Below are positions 9,629 through 21,743 of a stretch of 64,000 nt of DNA, in pieces; position 1 is the first letter of the stretch, and every line of letters begins with the position of its first letter. The notes beneath the pieces were generated by a model. That model saw only the letters and a program-made list of their open reading frames with translations. It searched no databases and was not told the origin of the DNA. The DNA comes from an uncultured Dehalococcoidales bacterium. GTDB taxonomy: Bacteria; Chloroflexota; Dehalococcoidia; GIF9; AB-539-J10. The stretch spans positions 17,123-81,122 of the forward strand of contig CAZODZ010000002.1 in the NCBI GenBank assembly GCA_964578745.1, in the 5' to 3' direction. Made by a program: the position numbers and the translations under genes.

Positions 9629-10342
9629 TCAAGTCAGATGTTGCAGGAACCTATCTGCTGGGCGAAGACTGAGGCTGCTGATGCCGAGCGCTATCAGGCT
9701 CAGTCCCCCTGTCATCGCTCCGGCAAACATGAACATGTCCTGCCAGAATTGAAATGGAAACAACATTACAAGGTAATCCATCTGCGGATCCAGTTGCCAG
9801 AATGGATTGTCAAAGAGCAGAAGGTGGAAGTTGACGAACATCCCTCCAAAGTCTACAACGAAAAGCACCGCTCCACATACGAGACCTGCTAGGCTGAGCA
9901 AGGCGCCGTTTCGCAGACTCAGCAGCAGGGCGTACTGCCGGTGTTGAGATGCTGCAAAGGCCGTCAAGGTGACCAGTACCAGGAGACTGATTGATTGTAG
10001 TAGAGAGTTCATGTCGAAGAGACCCTTCACATCGGCTAGGTGAATCAGTTCATACTTGTGAAAGAGAGGGAAAACTGTACCGTCGGTCTTTGTGACCTGC
10101 ATCTGCGGGCTTACAGCCTGCGAGTTAAAGTACTCAATGAGCCTTTCCACTATCCGGTCGAGCTGCTCTCTGTCGAGACCGGTTGTCTCGCTGACGTGGT
10201 ACAAGTCGAACCCGCGAGTATACAGCCCAGGGCTGTTCATCTCGATGCGCACCGAGGTGCAGAGGAACAGAAGCGGGAGAAGCAGTACGATGAGGCAGTC
10301 GAAGATCTTGTATTGGATGCGATTCTGCATTCGCTCAGCCAT
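9629..10342 (-). CDS. integral membrane protein, TIGR01906/DUF1461 (Lit-like) family
   Basis: It has an N-terminal TM helix, a soluble middle region and C-terminal TM helices with a LFPFQFW motif. An AAGGGG RBS precedes the start. Confidence 0.45.
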   Translation of the reverse strand: MAERMQNRIQYKIFDCLIVLLLPLLFLCTSVRIEMNSPGLYTRGFDLYHVSETTGLDREQLDRIVERLIEYFNSQAVSPQMQVTKTDGTVFPLFHKYELIHLADVKGLFDMNSLLQSISLLVLVTLTAFAASQHRQYALLLSLRNGALLSLAGLVCGAVLFVVDFGGMFVNFHLLLFDNPFWQLDPQMDYLVMLFPFQFWQDMFMFAGAMTGGLSLIALGISSLSLRPADRFLQHLT

Positions 10343-10382
10343 TCTGTGAGCCCCTTGTGAACCACGTGGTATAATCTTCGCG

Positions 10383-13300
10383 ATGGCTTCGGCCTTCGTT
10401 CACCTCCACGTTCACACCGAGTATAGCCTTCTCGACGGCATGTGCCGAATCCCCCAACTCATCAGCCGTACGCTTGAGCATGGCATGAGTGCCATTGCCA
10501 TCACCGACCACGGGAACATGTACGGTGTGATCGATTTCTATACGGCCGCCAAAGCAGCGGGGGTGAAACCTATCATCGGCTGCGAAGTCTATGTGGCCGA
10601 GGCTGGCCGAGCGAACAGGGATCCCGCATTCAGGAACCCATATCATCTGACACTGCTCGCACGTGACAGTGAAGGATATCATAACCTTCTGCAGCTTGTT
10701 ACGAAGTCCTATACCGAGGGTTTCTACTACAAACCGCGGGTGGACCGGCAACTGCTTGAGGAGCACCGAGCAGGGCTTATCGCGCTGTCCGGCTGTGCCA
10801 GTGGCGAACTTGTGCGCCTGCTTCTTGAAGGCAGGGTTGAGGAGGCGGAGAAGGTAGCTTTCTGGTATCGCACTGTCTTTCCCGAGTTCTATGTTGAAAT
10901 CCAGAGGCATCCTATTCCCGACCTTGAGAAAGTGAACCCGCAACTGATTGCGCTTGCCCGCAAACTGGAGATTCCGCTCGTCGCGACTTTTGATGTTCAC
11001 TATGTCGACAGGGAAGATGCCGAAGCCCACGACCTGTTGCTGTGCGTGCAGACCAATTCTACTGTGCACGATAAGAAGCGACTCAAAATGGCCGGCGACT
11101 TCTTCTATCTCAGACATCCGGACGAGATTGCTCAACTGTTCGAAGACCTGCCCGAAGCGCTTGAGAACACTGTGCGAATAGCGGATTCCTGTAATCTTGA
11201 ACTTGATTTCTCTCAACTGCACCTGCCGGCGATTCCGCTGCCCGTGGATGTTACGCCGGAACAGTACCTTGGCGACCTCTGTTGGGAAGGGTTTCGACAA
11301 CGCTACCCGGAACCGAAACCGGAGCATGAGGAGCGGCTGCGATACGAGCTTGATGTTATTGCGAGGACGCACTTTGCCGATTACTTTCTGGTCGTGTGGG
11401 ATATTGTTTCGTTTGCCAAGGAACAGGGCATCTACTATGGTGTTCGTGGAAGTGCTGCCGCCAGTCTTGTCCTCTACTGTCTGAACATCACTGATATAGA
11501 CCCCCTCGAATACGGTCTGGTGTTCGAGCGGTTTCTCAATATCGAACGGCGTGAAATGCCGGATATCGACCTCGATTTCCAGGATGACCGGCGTGAGGAG
11601 ATGCTTGCCTATGTCAATACCAAGTATGGCAGCGACCACGTAGCGCAGATCATCACATTTGGCACCATGGGTGCCAGGGCCGCACTCCGCGACACTGGCC
11701 GCGCGCTTGGGATGCCGTACAGCCAGGTCGACAGTATCGCTCGTCTCATTCCTCAAGAGTTGACCATCACGCTTGAGCGCGCTCTCAATGAGAGTCCGGA
11801 ACTGCGCCAGGCGTATGACACCGATGAGGATGTTCGGAAGCTCATAGACGCGGCGCGAAAGCTTGAAGGACTCGTTCGCCATGCAAGCACACATGCGGCT
11901 GGTGTCGTTATTTCCCGTGATGTTCTGACCAACTATGTGCCTCTTCAGCCCGTCGGAAAGACCGGGCAACAGGGTTTGATGACCCAGTTTCACATGTGGA
12001 ACATCGCGAAGCTCGGCCTGCTTAAGATGGACTTCCTTGGGCTATCCAACCTCACCATCTTGGCTAAAGCGCGTGACATAATCCGTGAACGCCGAGGCGT
12101 GGCGATCGATTTCCAGGAACTGCCGCTGGATGACAGCCGTACATTTCAGTTGCTGGCATCCGGCGAGACGCGGGACATATTCCAGTTGGAGAGCAAAGGA
12201 ATGAGACGCTATCTGCAAGAGTTGCGTCCCTCCAAGTTCGCCGACATCTCCGCTATGGTGGCGCTCTACCGTCCCGGTCCAATGGAGCAGATAGATACGT
12301 TCATCAGGGCAAAGCAGGGAGTTGCGCCCGTGCACTACCCTCATCCTGCACTGGAACGCATTCTGGAAGAAACGTACGGTGTTATCGTGTATCAGGAGCA
12401 GGTGATGTTCATCGCCCGCCTCCTTGCCGGATACTCCATGGGGCAGGCCGATATCTTTCGGAAAGCCATGGGCAAGAAAATTGCAGAGGTTATGAAACAG
12501 CAGGAGCAGACCTTTGTGGAGGGTGCTGTCCAGAATGGAATTGATCCGAAAGTCGCACATGAGATATTCAGCCTGATTGAGCCATTCGCGGGCTATGCGT
12601 TCAATAAGGCTCACAGCGTCAGCTATGCACTTGTGGCGTATCGGGGTGCGTATCTCAAGGCAAATTATCCAATTGAGTATCTGACCGCCTACCTCAATAC
12701 GTATTCGGACAACATGGACAAAGTCGGCCTCGCGTGGGATGAATGTCGCAAAATGGGTATACGTATCCTCCCGCCCGATGTGAATCGGAGCGAGGCAGGC
12801 TTCACCATTGAAGATACGGATTCGGGTCCTGCCATTCGGTTTGGACTCGCTTCGATCAAGAACGTAGGCAATGGACCGGTAGAGGCCCTTGTCTCTGCGC
12901 GTGGGACGATGCCGTTCAACTCGATTGAGGACTTCTGTCGGCGCGTGGGCTCACGTGCTCTCAACAAGAAGGCACTTGAGAGTCTCATCCGCGTTGGAGC
13001 GTTCGATTGTCTTGGGAATCGGTCAGGTCTTCTTGCGTCACTTGATCGCATTGTAGCGTTTGCCCAGGCCGAGCAGAGGTCGCGGGATGCAGGACAGACC
13101 TCCATGTTTGATGTGCTTGCGGAGGCAGGTCCGGTGCTGGACTTGGTGGCGAATGGAGAGGTCCCCGAGATATCGGCACGGGAGAGGTTGGCATGGGAAC
13201 GTGAGTTGTCGGGCGTGTATTTCTCGCGCCACCCGGCGGAGGGAATAGCGGCTGACCTGAAAGGTGTTGTGACCGGACAGTGTGCCACGTTGGCTCATGA

Positions 13301-13817
13301 CGGGACGGAGCGCGAAGTCGTCGTGGGCGGTCTTGTGACGTCTGTGCGCCAGTCGTTTACGCGCGAAGGGAAGTCGTTTGTCGTGGCGGAACTGGAAGAC
13401 ACATCCGGGAGTGTTGAGGTCACCGTCTGGCCGCGTGTGCATGAAGCGACGAAAGGCCTGTGGGTTGAGGGGGCGCTGATAGTTGTCAAGGGTCAACTCA
13501 GGAGCCGTGACGGACAGGTTCAGCTTACGTGTCAGCAGGCGCAGAGATATACGCCATCCGCAAGCTCGTCTGTAAGGCGTCCACCGACACGAGAGCTGAC
13601 GATAGAGATGACTGAGACTGCGGATCCTGAAAGGGATGAGGAATTGCTGTCCAAGGTAATAGCTCTCTTGCGGCAGTGCCCGGGTGAGGATCGCGTCACG
13701 CTTGTCATCAACACGCGGGGTGGTACGCGGGCGGAATTCGACCTCCCTGCCCTTCGAGTATCGTTTACCGGCGAGCTTGAACGGCAACTGGCTGCTGTGC
13801 TGACAGGCAGCACGTAG
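10383..13817 (+). CDS. dnaE: DNA polymerase III alpha subunit
   Basis: The 1144-aa product has the PHP domain start VHLHVHTEYSLLDG plus the polymerase core and an OB fold. A TGgTATAAT extended -10 box sits 8 nt before the ATG, suggesting a leaderless transcript. Confidence 0.95.
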   Translation: MASAFVHLHVHTEYSLLDGMCRIPQLISRTLEHGMSAIAITDHGNMYGVIDFYTAAKAAGVKPIIGCEVYVAEAGRANRDPAFRNPYHLTLLARDSEGYHNLLQLVTKSYTEGFYYKPRVDRQLLEEHRAGLIALSGCASGELVRLLLEGRVEEAEKVAFWYRTVFPEFYVEIQRHPIPDLEKVNPQLIALARKLEIPLVATFDVHYVDREDAEAHDLLLCVQTNSTVHDKKRLKMAGDFFYLRHPDEIAQLFEDLPEALENTVRIADSCNLELDFSQLHLPAIPLPVDVTPEQYLGDLCWEGFRQRYPEPKPEHEERLRYELDVIARTHFADYFLVVWDIVSFAKEQGIYYGVRGSAAASLVLYCLNITDIDPLEYGLVFERFLNIERREMPDIDLDFQDDRREEMLAYVNTKYGSDHVAQIITFGTMGARAALRDTGRALGMPYSQVDSIARLIPQELTITLERALNESPELRQAYDTDEDVRKLIDAARKLEGLVRHASTHAAGVVISRDVLTNYVPLQPVGKTGQQGLMTQFHMWNIAKLGLLKMDFLGLSNLTILAKARDIIRERRGVAIDFQELPLDDSRTFQLLASGETRDIFQLESKGMRRYLQELRPSKFADISAMVALYRPGPMEQIDTFIRAKQGVAPVHYPHPALERILEETYGVIVYQEQVMFIARLLAGYSMGQADIFRKAMGKKIAEVMKQQEQTFVEGAVQNGIDPKVAHEIFSLIEPFAGYAFNKAHSVSYALVAYRGAYLKANYPIEYLTAYLNTYSDNMDKVGLAWDECRKMGIRILPPDVNRSEAGFTIEDTDSGPAIRFGLASIKNVGNGPVEALVSARGTMPFNSIEDFCRRVGSRALNKKALESLIRVGAFDCLGNRSGLLASLDRIVAFAQAEQRSRDAGQTSMFDVLAEAGPVLDLVANGEVPEISARERLAWERELSGVYFSRHPAEGIAADLKGVVTGQCATLAHDGTEREVVVGGLVTSVRQSFTREGKSFVVAELEDTSGSVEVTVWPRVHEATKGLWVEGALIVVKGQLRSRDGQVQLTCQQAQRYTPSASSSVRRPPTRELTIEMTETADPERDEELLSKVIALLRQCPGEDRVTLVINTRGGTRAEFDLPALRVSFTGELERQLAAVLTGST

Positions 13818-14349
13818 CGTGTTGCCTGACGCAGTAGTCCTTGATCCCCTCAAGGGTGAGTAACTTCCGCTTCATCTCCAGCCCTTCTCCGAAGCCTGTC
13901 AGTGCTCCATTCGCACCGATGACCCTGTGGCAGGGTATCACGAGTGGAAAAGAGTTGTGATGCAATGCTTGTCCGGTAGCTTGCCTGGCTGCAGGAGCGC
14001 CAGCAGCACGCGCGACCCAGGAGTAGGAGCGAGTCTCACCGTACGGAATAAGCTTTGTAGCATTCCATACACGCCTCTGGAAGTCCGTCCAGCACATCAT
14101 GTCCAGTTCGACGGGGAAAGACACCTTCTGCCCTGAGGCATACTGTCTCAGCCACGTGGCAAGTGGCTCGAACCTCTCCAACTGAGTCTTGGCCGCTGTC
14201 GCGTGAAATCGGCATAAGGTGCTGTACAACCTTGCAATGGCGGCCTTTTCAGAGGCTTGCGGCAGTGTCGTCGCCACAAGTCCGCGAGCACTTTGTGCCA
14301 GGCCGATCATGCCCAGTGTGGTGCTCACGGTGGTGTACTCGATTATCAC
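13765..14349 (-). CDS. ogt: methylated-DNA--protein-cysteine methyltransferase
   Basis: It has the PCHRVIGANG active-site motif and an N-terminal Ada-like domain. The 3' tail overlaps the dnaE 3' end convergently. Confidence 0.8.
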   Translation of the reverse strand: MIIEYTTVSTTLGMIGLAQSARGLVATTLPQASEKAAIARLYSTLCRFHATAAKTQLERFEPLATWLRQYASGQKVSFPVELDMMCWTDFQRRVWNATKLIPYGETRSYSWVARAAGAPAARQATGQALHHNSFPLVIPCHRVIGANGALTGFGEGLEMKRKLLTLEGIKDYCVRQHATCCLSAQQPVAVQARR

Positions 14350-14350
14350 G

Positions 14351-14920
14351 CTACAGGTTCACCGGTTCGATGAGTCCGTAGTTGCCATCCTTTCTCCTGT
14401 ACAGGAGATTGGCCTTTCTTGTGTCTGAATTGATGAACAGGTAGAAATCGTGTCCAAGCAACTCCAACTGGTCTGTCGCTTCGTCTAGGTCCATTGGCTT
14501 TAATGTGAAGCGTTTAGTCTTGACTATCCTCCGCGGTTTCTCCTCCTCTGGTTGCTCGCTCAGCGGCTTGAGCGGCTGCACCGCAGGTTCCATCGTACGG
14601 ACGGTGTCCTTCGTCTTCCCAAAACGCTTGCCCTTGTATCGGGCTACTCTGCTGGACAGGGTGTCTACCACTCTGTCGATGGCAGTCCTTGCATCGTTCG
14701 CGTGTTCCTGTGCCCTGATCAATATGCCGTTTGTGCCGTTGAGCGTCACCTGGACCACAAAACGCCGATCCGCTGTCTTGAGACCCTCGTCAGATATCTC
14801 CACTTTTCCGTCGTCTACGCCGGGGAGGTAGCGATCCATCTTGCCGATCCGGTTGAGCGCGTATTCCTGGATTGTGGATGGGATGTTGGTTCCGTCCTTT
14901 GCGACGATCTGCAACTCCAT
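14351..14920 (-). CDS. hpf: ribosome hibernation promoting factor (long HPF)
   Basis: The sequence MELQIVAKDG... matches the RaiA/HPF N-domain and is followed by a C-terminal dimerization domain. A GGAGG RBS precedes the ATG at 14920. Confidence 0.8.
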   Translation of the reverse strand: MELQIVAKDGTNIPSTIQEYALNRIGKMDRYLPGVDDGKVEISDEGLKTADRRFVVQVTLNGTNGILIRAQEHANDARTAIDRVVDTLSSRVARYKGKRFGKTKDTVRTMEPAVQPLKPLSEQPEEEKPRRIVKTKRFTLKPMDLDEATDQLELLGHDFYLFINSDTRKANLLYRRKDGNYGLIEPVNL

Positions 14921-14934
14921 ACGTTCCTCCCTCA

Positions 14935-15684
14935 CTAGATCTCTCGTGCTACAGTTAGTCCCCACACGTGTAAAGCTCCCGCATGTCGCAGCGCTTCCGC
15001 ACACGACAGCAGTGTTGCTCCCGTTGTGCATACATCGTCAACAAGAAGTATGTTTCTTCCTTTGAGATTGACATCCTCGCACGCGAATGCCCCCGCCACG
15101 TTCAGCGAACGTGTCTGGGCGTCACGTGACTGGACCTGACTATCAGTATTCCTGACACGTGAAACCATTCCCGTGTCGATCGGCAGGTCTGTTCTGCGCG
15201 AGAGCGCCTCTGCCAGGAGACGCGACTGATTGTATCCTCTACGACGCTCACGCGCTTTGTGTAGTGGCACGGGTGTGATTGTGTCCGGTGCAAATTCCAT
15301 GCTGGAGAATCCCTCTGCGAGGTATCCCGCGAGAAGTGGTGCCAGTGCCCTCAAGTTGTTGTACTTCAACTCGTGAATGGCCTGTCTGATCGCGCCTTCG
15401 AGGCGAAAGACGGAACGAATGCCGGTTATTGGAGGTGTGTGAGCTGCGCACGAAGGGCAAAGGACACTGCTGGATTGAGGTCTGCCGCAGACTGGACAGA
15501 CCGGTGGCTCAATCCTCACCAGTGTGCGCTCACAGGACACACAGATAAACGCCCCGGGCCGCCCACATCTCACACAGAGCCGAGGAAAAAGGCAGTCCAG
15601 CGTAGAGTCAAACGCAACACGGCAATGGAACACCGAAGCAATGCCCCGGCTAACCGTCCTAGTGGCTGCGCGCGCGCAGTTCAC
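14935..15684 (-). CDS. comFC: ComF family phosphoribosyltransferase (ComFC)
   Basis: It has an N-terminal Cys4 zinc finger (CPVCGRP...CPSC) and the PRTase motif ILLVDDVCTTGATL. Confidence 0.75.
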   Translation of the reverse strand: MNCARAATRTVSRGIASVFHCRVAFDSTLDCLFPRLCVRCGRPGAFICVSCERTLVRIEPPVCPVCGRPQSSSVLCPSCAAHTPPITGIRSVFRLEGAIRQAIHELKYNNLRALAPLLAGYLAEGFSSMEFAPDTITPVPLHKARERRRGYNQSRLLAEALSRRTDLPIDTGMVSRVRNTDSQVQSRDAQTRSLNVAGAFACEDVNLKGRNILLVDDVCTTGATLLSCAEALRHAGALHVWGLTVAREI

Positions 15685-15868
15685 CGCTCAAGATAGGCTC
15701 GTTGAGGTAGATCTCTCCGTTGCGTATCTTGATATTGTAGCCGCATTCGGGGTTTGTACATACCCACGCCTTGTACCGAATCGTCGCCCCTTGGCTTCCG
15801 AAGTCCGACAGGGGGACGAGGTCGCCCTTGTCACACTTCTGGCATTTCGGGAATGGAGCGTTCTCCAA
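15659..15868 (-). CDS. small zinc-ribbon protein (69 aa)
   Basis: It has two Cys pairs, CQKC and CTNPEC, about 35 aa apart. It starts at TTG and is preceded by a GGGAGGTGG RBS. Confidence 0.5.
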   Translation of the reverse strand: MENAPFPKCQKCDKGDLVPLSDFGSQGATIRYKAWVCTNPECGYNIKIRNGEIYLNEPILSGELRARSH

Positions 15869-15949
15869 GGTTATCCACCTCCCAGACCAAATATATCTAG
15901 GGTAGTATATCCCAACGTCTTCGTAGGAGCAAATATTTCCCGCCGTTTG

Positions 15950-16549
15950 TCATTTGTCCATGTCTCTAAGACCGACTCGGCCAAGGCACGTGTAGCGGGC
16001 TCCTTCAGGTGATAATAGGCTCTTCATGAGGCTCACTTTGCTCACGTCGAACGGCTCAGGGATAACCTGCGCAGCGTGCCTCAGAGCTGCAGAGAGGCTC
16101 TCTCGTTGCGTTGTCGTGGCCTCCTGTCGGACACGTCCCAATGTAAGATGTGGCGCAAACGGGCGGCTCTCAGCAGGAAATCCCAGCTTGACCATGGCAA
16201 CATCAATAGATTGAGCGAGGCGACCGAGTGTCTCGTGGTCGCCTTCTAACCCGATCCATACCACCCGTGGGTTTCTGGTTGACGGGAATGCCCCGAGTGC
16301 GGCCAGACGGAGGCGCAACGGGCCGCCGCCTTTGCATGCGGCGGCCATCGTCTGCCTGATGTCCTCTATGCGAGAAGTTGGCACGTTTCCAAGGAACTTC
16401 AGTGTGAGGTGGATTGCATCTCCGTCTACCCACTTGACAGGAGCCTTGCACGAGTCTCGAAGGGTGATGATTGTCTTGGACAGCACCTTCTTGACATTGT
16501 CGGGCAACTCGACTGCCACGAAGCAGCGAACTGTCTCATCCTGTGCCAT
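15950..16549 (-). CDS. thpR: RNA 2',3'-cyclic phosphodiesterase (2H phosphoesterase, LigT/ThpR)
   Basis: It has two H-x-T-x motifs, HLTLKFLG and HLTLGRV. Confidence 0.8.
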   Translation of the reverse strand: MAQDETVRCFVAVELPDNVKKVLSKTIITLRDSCKAPVKWVDGDAIHLTLKFLGNVPTSRIEDIRQTMAAACKGGGPLRLRLAALGAFPSTRNPRVVWIGLEGDHETLGRLAQSIDVAMVKLGFPAESRPFAPHLTLGRVRQEATTTQRESLSAALRHAAQVIPEPFDVSKVSLMKSLLSPEGARYTCLGRVGLRDMDK

Positions 16550-17426
16550 CCTTGGATCCTCCCTCCGACAGGATTCTCAGAGCATTCATGCCGAGCATGA
16601 GGTCGCGGTGTTCAGGGTCGAATTGTGGTGCTGCACGGACTTCTCTCAATGCACGTGTTTGGGACACCAGTGGATAGTCTGAGCCGAACAGGATACGTTC
16701 CGGCCCTACAAGCCGCGCGACGGTACCGTAAACTCGTGTGTCATACAACAAGTGTGTCGCCGCACTATCAAAATACACGTTGGTGAGCCTGGCTTTGACC
16801 TCTGGCATGAGCCAGTAGAATGGCAGACCACCGCCCCAGTGCGCCCCAACGATGAGAACGTCGGGATACTCCATCGCTAGGCCATAGAGCTGGTCGGGTG
16901 TGATTGTCCCCTTGCCACTGTACTGGTGGCCGACCGGCTCAGAGACGTGAGACACGACGATAAGACGACGCTGCGTGACAAGTCCGACCAGTTCCATTAG
17001 AAGAGGGCGATCGAGCAGAGAGTAACCCTGGATGTCAGGTCTCAGTTCACCCAATCCCCGCGCCCCCGCCGCAGCACACCGTTCGACTTCACGAAGCGCA
17101 CGCTCCTTCGCGCGAGGCTGCACTGCACAGAAGGCTACGACGCGGTCGGGATGCCGCGCCGATACTTCAAGCAGATAGTCGTTGGTCCGCACACACATAT
17201 CGTGGTCAGACCATCCTAGGTTCAGGGCGACTGACAACTGGATCTCTGACTCGTCCATTGAGGACAGCAACTCCTCCCCGGCAGCCAGTCGCGATCTGGG
17301 ATTTCCGTAGAGCAGGCCAAACAGAGGATCGCGCCGTGTCAGCTCGTCGCGTCGCTCTATCACCCACGGCGGCACTATATGTGTGTGAAAATCGACGATC
17401 ACTTCAGGGCTGTCTCCTGCTTTCAT
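16536..17426 (-). CDS. amidohydrolase-family metal-dependent hydrolase (TIM barrel)
   Basis: It has an N-terminal DFHTHIVP metal-binding motif and amidohydrolase_2-like length and organisation. Confidence 0.6.
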   Translation of the reverse strand: MKAGDSPEVIVDFHTHIVPPWVIERRDELTRRDPLFGLLYGNPRSRLAAGEELLSSMDESEIQLSVALNLGWSDHDMCVRTNDYLLEVSARHPDRVVAFCAVQPRAKERALREVERCAAAGARGLGELRPDIQGYSLLDRPLLMELVGLVTQRRLIVVSHVSEPVGHQYSGKGTITPDQLYGLAMEYPDVLIVGAHWGGGLPFYWLMPEVKARLTNVYFDSAATHLLYDTRVYGTVARLVGPERILFGSDYPLVSQTRALREVRAAPQFDPEHRDLMLGMNALRILSEGGSKDGTG

Positions 17427-17911
17427 GCTACACGCAGGCGCTCTCGCAGTTCTCGCAGGTTTTCAACGTCTTCCTGGTTGTATTTCAAGAGCGTTTGCAA
17501 GGCGTGCGCGTCGCCGTAGTTGACGTATCTCCACCAGAGTTGCACCGCGTGTCTCCCATCGATGCCACGCAGGCGTCTCGTGATCCCGAGACACTGTTCA
17601 ACAGCCTTGAAGCCACCGTAGAGGCCCTGATCCCAGCAGTCGTACATCAGGTCCCTGTGGATGAGCATCGAACCGAGCGGGATGCCGAGTTTCATCTCGA
17701 TGAACACGAGGTCAAAGCGCGTGCCATTGTAGGTGTAGAGACGTCGTACACCTTCCAGGGAGCGCATCACTGTGTTTGTATCTATGCGGTTTCCTACGAG
17801 CTGGATAAGCTCAAAGCCGGTAGGCACCTCGCGGTAGATACCAAAAACAGTGATGCTGTCTCGCCATGGGCTCAAGCCGGTCGTCTCGATATCAAGATAC
17901 GCGTCCATGTG
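17423..17911 (-). CDS. RNase H-like 3'-5' exonuclease (DEDD, YprB-like)
   Basis: DAYLDIETTGL is a DEDD exonuclease motif I. The likely start is the ATG at 17911, because the listed N-extension overlaps the upstream gene. Confidence 0.6.
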   Translation of the reverse strand, partial: HMDAYLDIETTGLSPWRDSITVFGIYREVPTGFELIQLVGNRIDTNTVMRSLEGVRRLYTYNGTRFDLVFIEMKLGIPLGSMLIHRDLMYDCWDQGLYGGFKAVEQCLGITRRLRGIDGRHAVQLWWRYVNYGDAHALQTLLKYNQEDVENLRELRERLRVA

Positions 17912-18457
17912 GTGTCTTTGGGATAACGGTCTCACCGTCTGAAAGCAGTTGGCCGACCACACGGCCTGTCACCAGAGCGCCTGCGGCGATAATGAGGTTC
18001 AGCACAACTGTGAAGACTACGCCGAAATACACTGCCATGACTGGAAGCAGGAATGGCTTGATGGCTCTTCCGTAGAGAAAGACCGCGACCTGCTCTGTAC
18101 CTGCACCTTTCTTGCGGATCTCACTCAGGAAAGGATACCACGCATATGCAGGGCCCGTGGAGACGATTGCTGCAAGTAATGCCAGAGAGACTCCCCTTAT
18201 CCCGGAGTGCGCTCCAACAAAACGTGCCACCGTTTGTGCCTGCAGGTATCGGTTTGTCAGCAACAGCACGAGAAATACCAATAACAGAGGCAGAACAACC
18301 ACTCGCATGCTGGCCGCACTCAATGAGAGGGCAGACAGTGTCTGGGCTTGATCGACGAAATACCCCACTACGTAGGTGCCAATGGCGGCGATCAGGAATA
18401 TGAGTCCAGCGGGAGCCGTCGAACTGCCACGTCCTGCAGCCTTCTGACCTCGCTGTC

Positions 18458-18461
<4 letters not shown>
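17892..18461 (-). CDS. nucleoside-recognition (Gate) domain membrane protein, SpmB-like
   Basis: The sequence is hydrophobic and polytopic, with Gate-domain-like segments. The real start is probably the GTG at 18461 overlapping the upstream stop (GTGA). The listed N-terminus is Cys/Arg-rich and has no family resemblance. Confidence 0.45.
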
Positions 18462-20967
<2,506 letters not shown>

Positions 20968-21307
20968 TCATCCTCCGATTCAGGATGTGTCGGCTCGCCT
21001 GCAATGTACCAGTAGACTCGGTGTGTCGCACTGCCTTCTTCAGCTCCCCTTTTCCTTTTCCAGCCAGATTCACTGCCTGAGCTCCACCAGCTTATGTCCA
21101 ATTTCAAGCCGAATGCCACTGGATGCCTCAGTGATCAGTCGCTCCGTTCCCTTTTCTTTCTTTGGCGGGTACCGCTGGTCCAGGCTGTTTCCTCAATCTC
21201 CGATATAACTCTACTCGCAGGGGCTGAGTCATCCATCTTCAAGTTCCTGAAGATTTGGGCGTCGACCGATATATCGATGAAGCCTACTGGTAGTAGACAT
21301 ATAGCCA

Positions 21308-21649
21308 TCACCGCCATGTGTTTCGCCCGATTCTGAGCGATGCCATATGATGAAGTGGTTGTGACGAGGGTCGGCTTGTCGTTGAATTCTTCACCTCCTG
21401 GATCTGCCGCGAGAGCCCTGCTTGATGAACTGACCAAAGGCAGTGATACATGATGTCAATTCCAGCGGGAATCAGCACCTTGGTGAATGCGTGGCTGGCG
21501 CTGGTGAGCGGGGTAGTCTCGCGGTAGCTCACTGCCTTATGGGAATTGTCCATGCTTCGTCCCTCGATGATCACGTATCCAAGTGTCCCGGCGGCAGGAA
21601 GAGCGAGCAGCATGATGAGCATCATGCGGAGTTTACGCCTGTTTCTCAC
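21308..21649 (-). CDS. hypothetical small secreted/membrane protein
   Basis: The only support is the ORF and an N-terminal hydrophobic signal-like segment (MMLIMLLALPAAG). No family was recognised. Confidence 0.2.
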   Translation of the reverse strand: MRNRRKLRMMLIMLLALPAAGTLGYVIIEGRSMDNSHKAVSYRETTPLTSASHAFTKVLIPAGIDIMYHCLWSVHQAGLSRQIQEVKNSTTSRPSSQPLHHMASLRIGRNTWR

Positions 21650-21743
21650 CGCTGCACGCTAGGATATAGCAGCAGACATCTGCCAGCCAATGGGGATCTC
21701 ACCTATCACGTCTTCACGCAGCGGCTTCTCTGGTACAATTGAA

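Noticed and set aside
10335-11993. 552-aa ORF on the minus strand
   Set aside because: It is entirely antisense to dnaE, which has an unambiguous PHP/polymerase signature. Its composition is low-complexity. This is a typical GC-rich antisense artefact.
15659-15868. Small Cys4 protein as a rubredoxin
   Set aside because: The cysteine spacing and surrounding residues do not match the rubredoxin CxxCG / CPxCG knuckles, unlike the genuine rubredoxin at 63619..63777.
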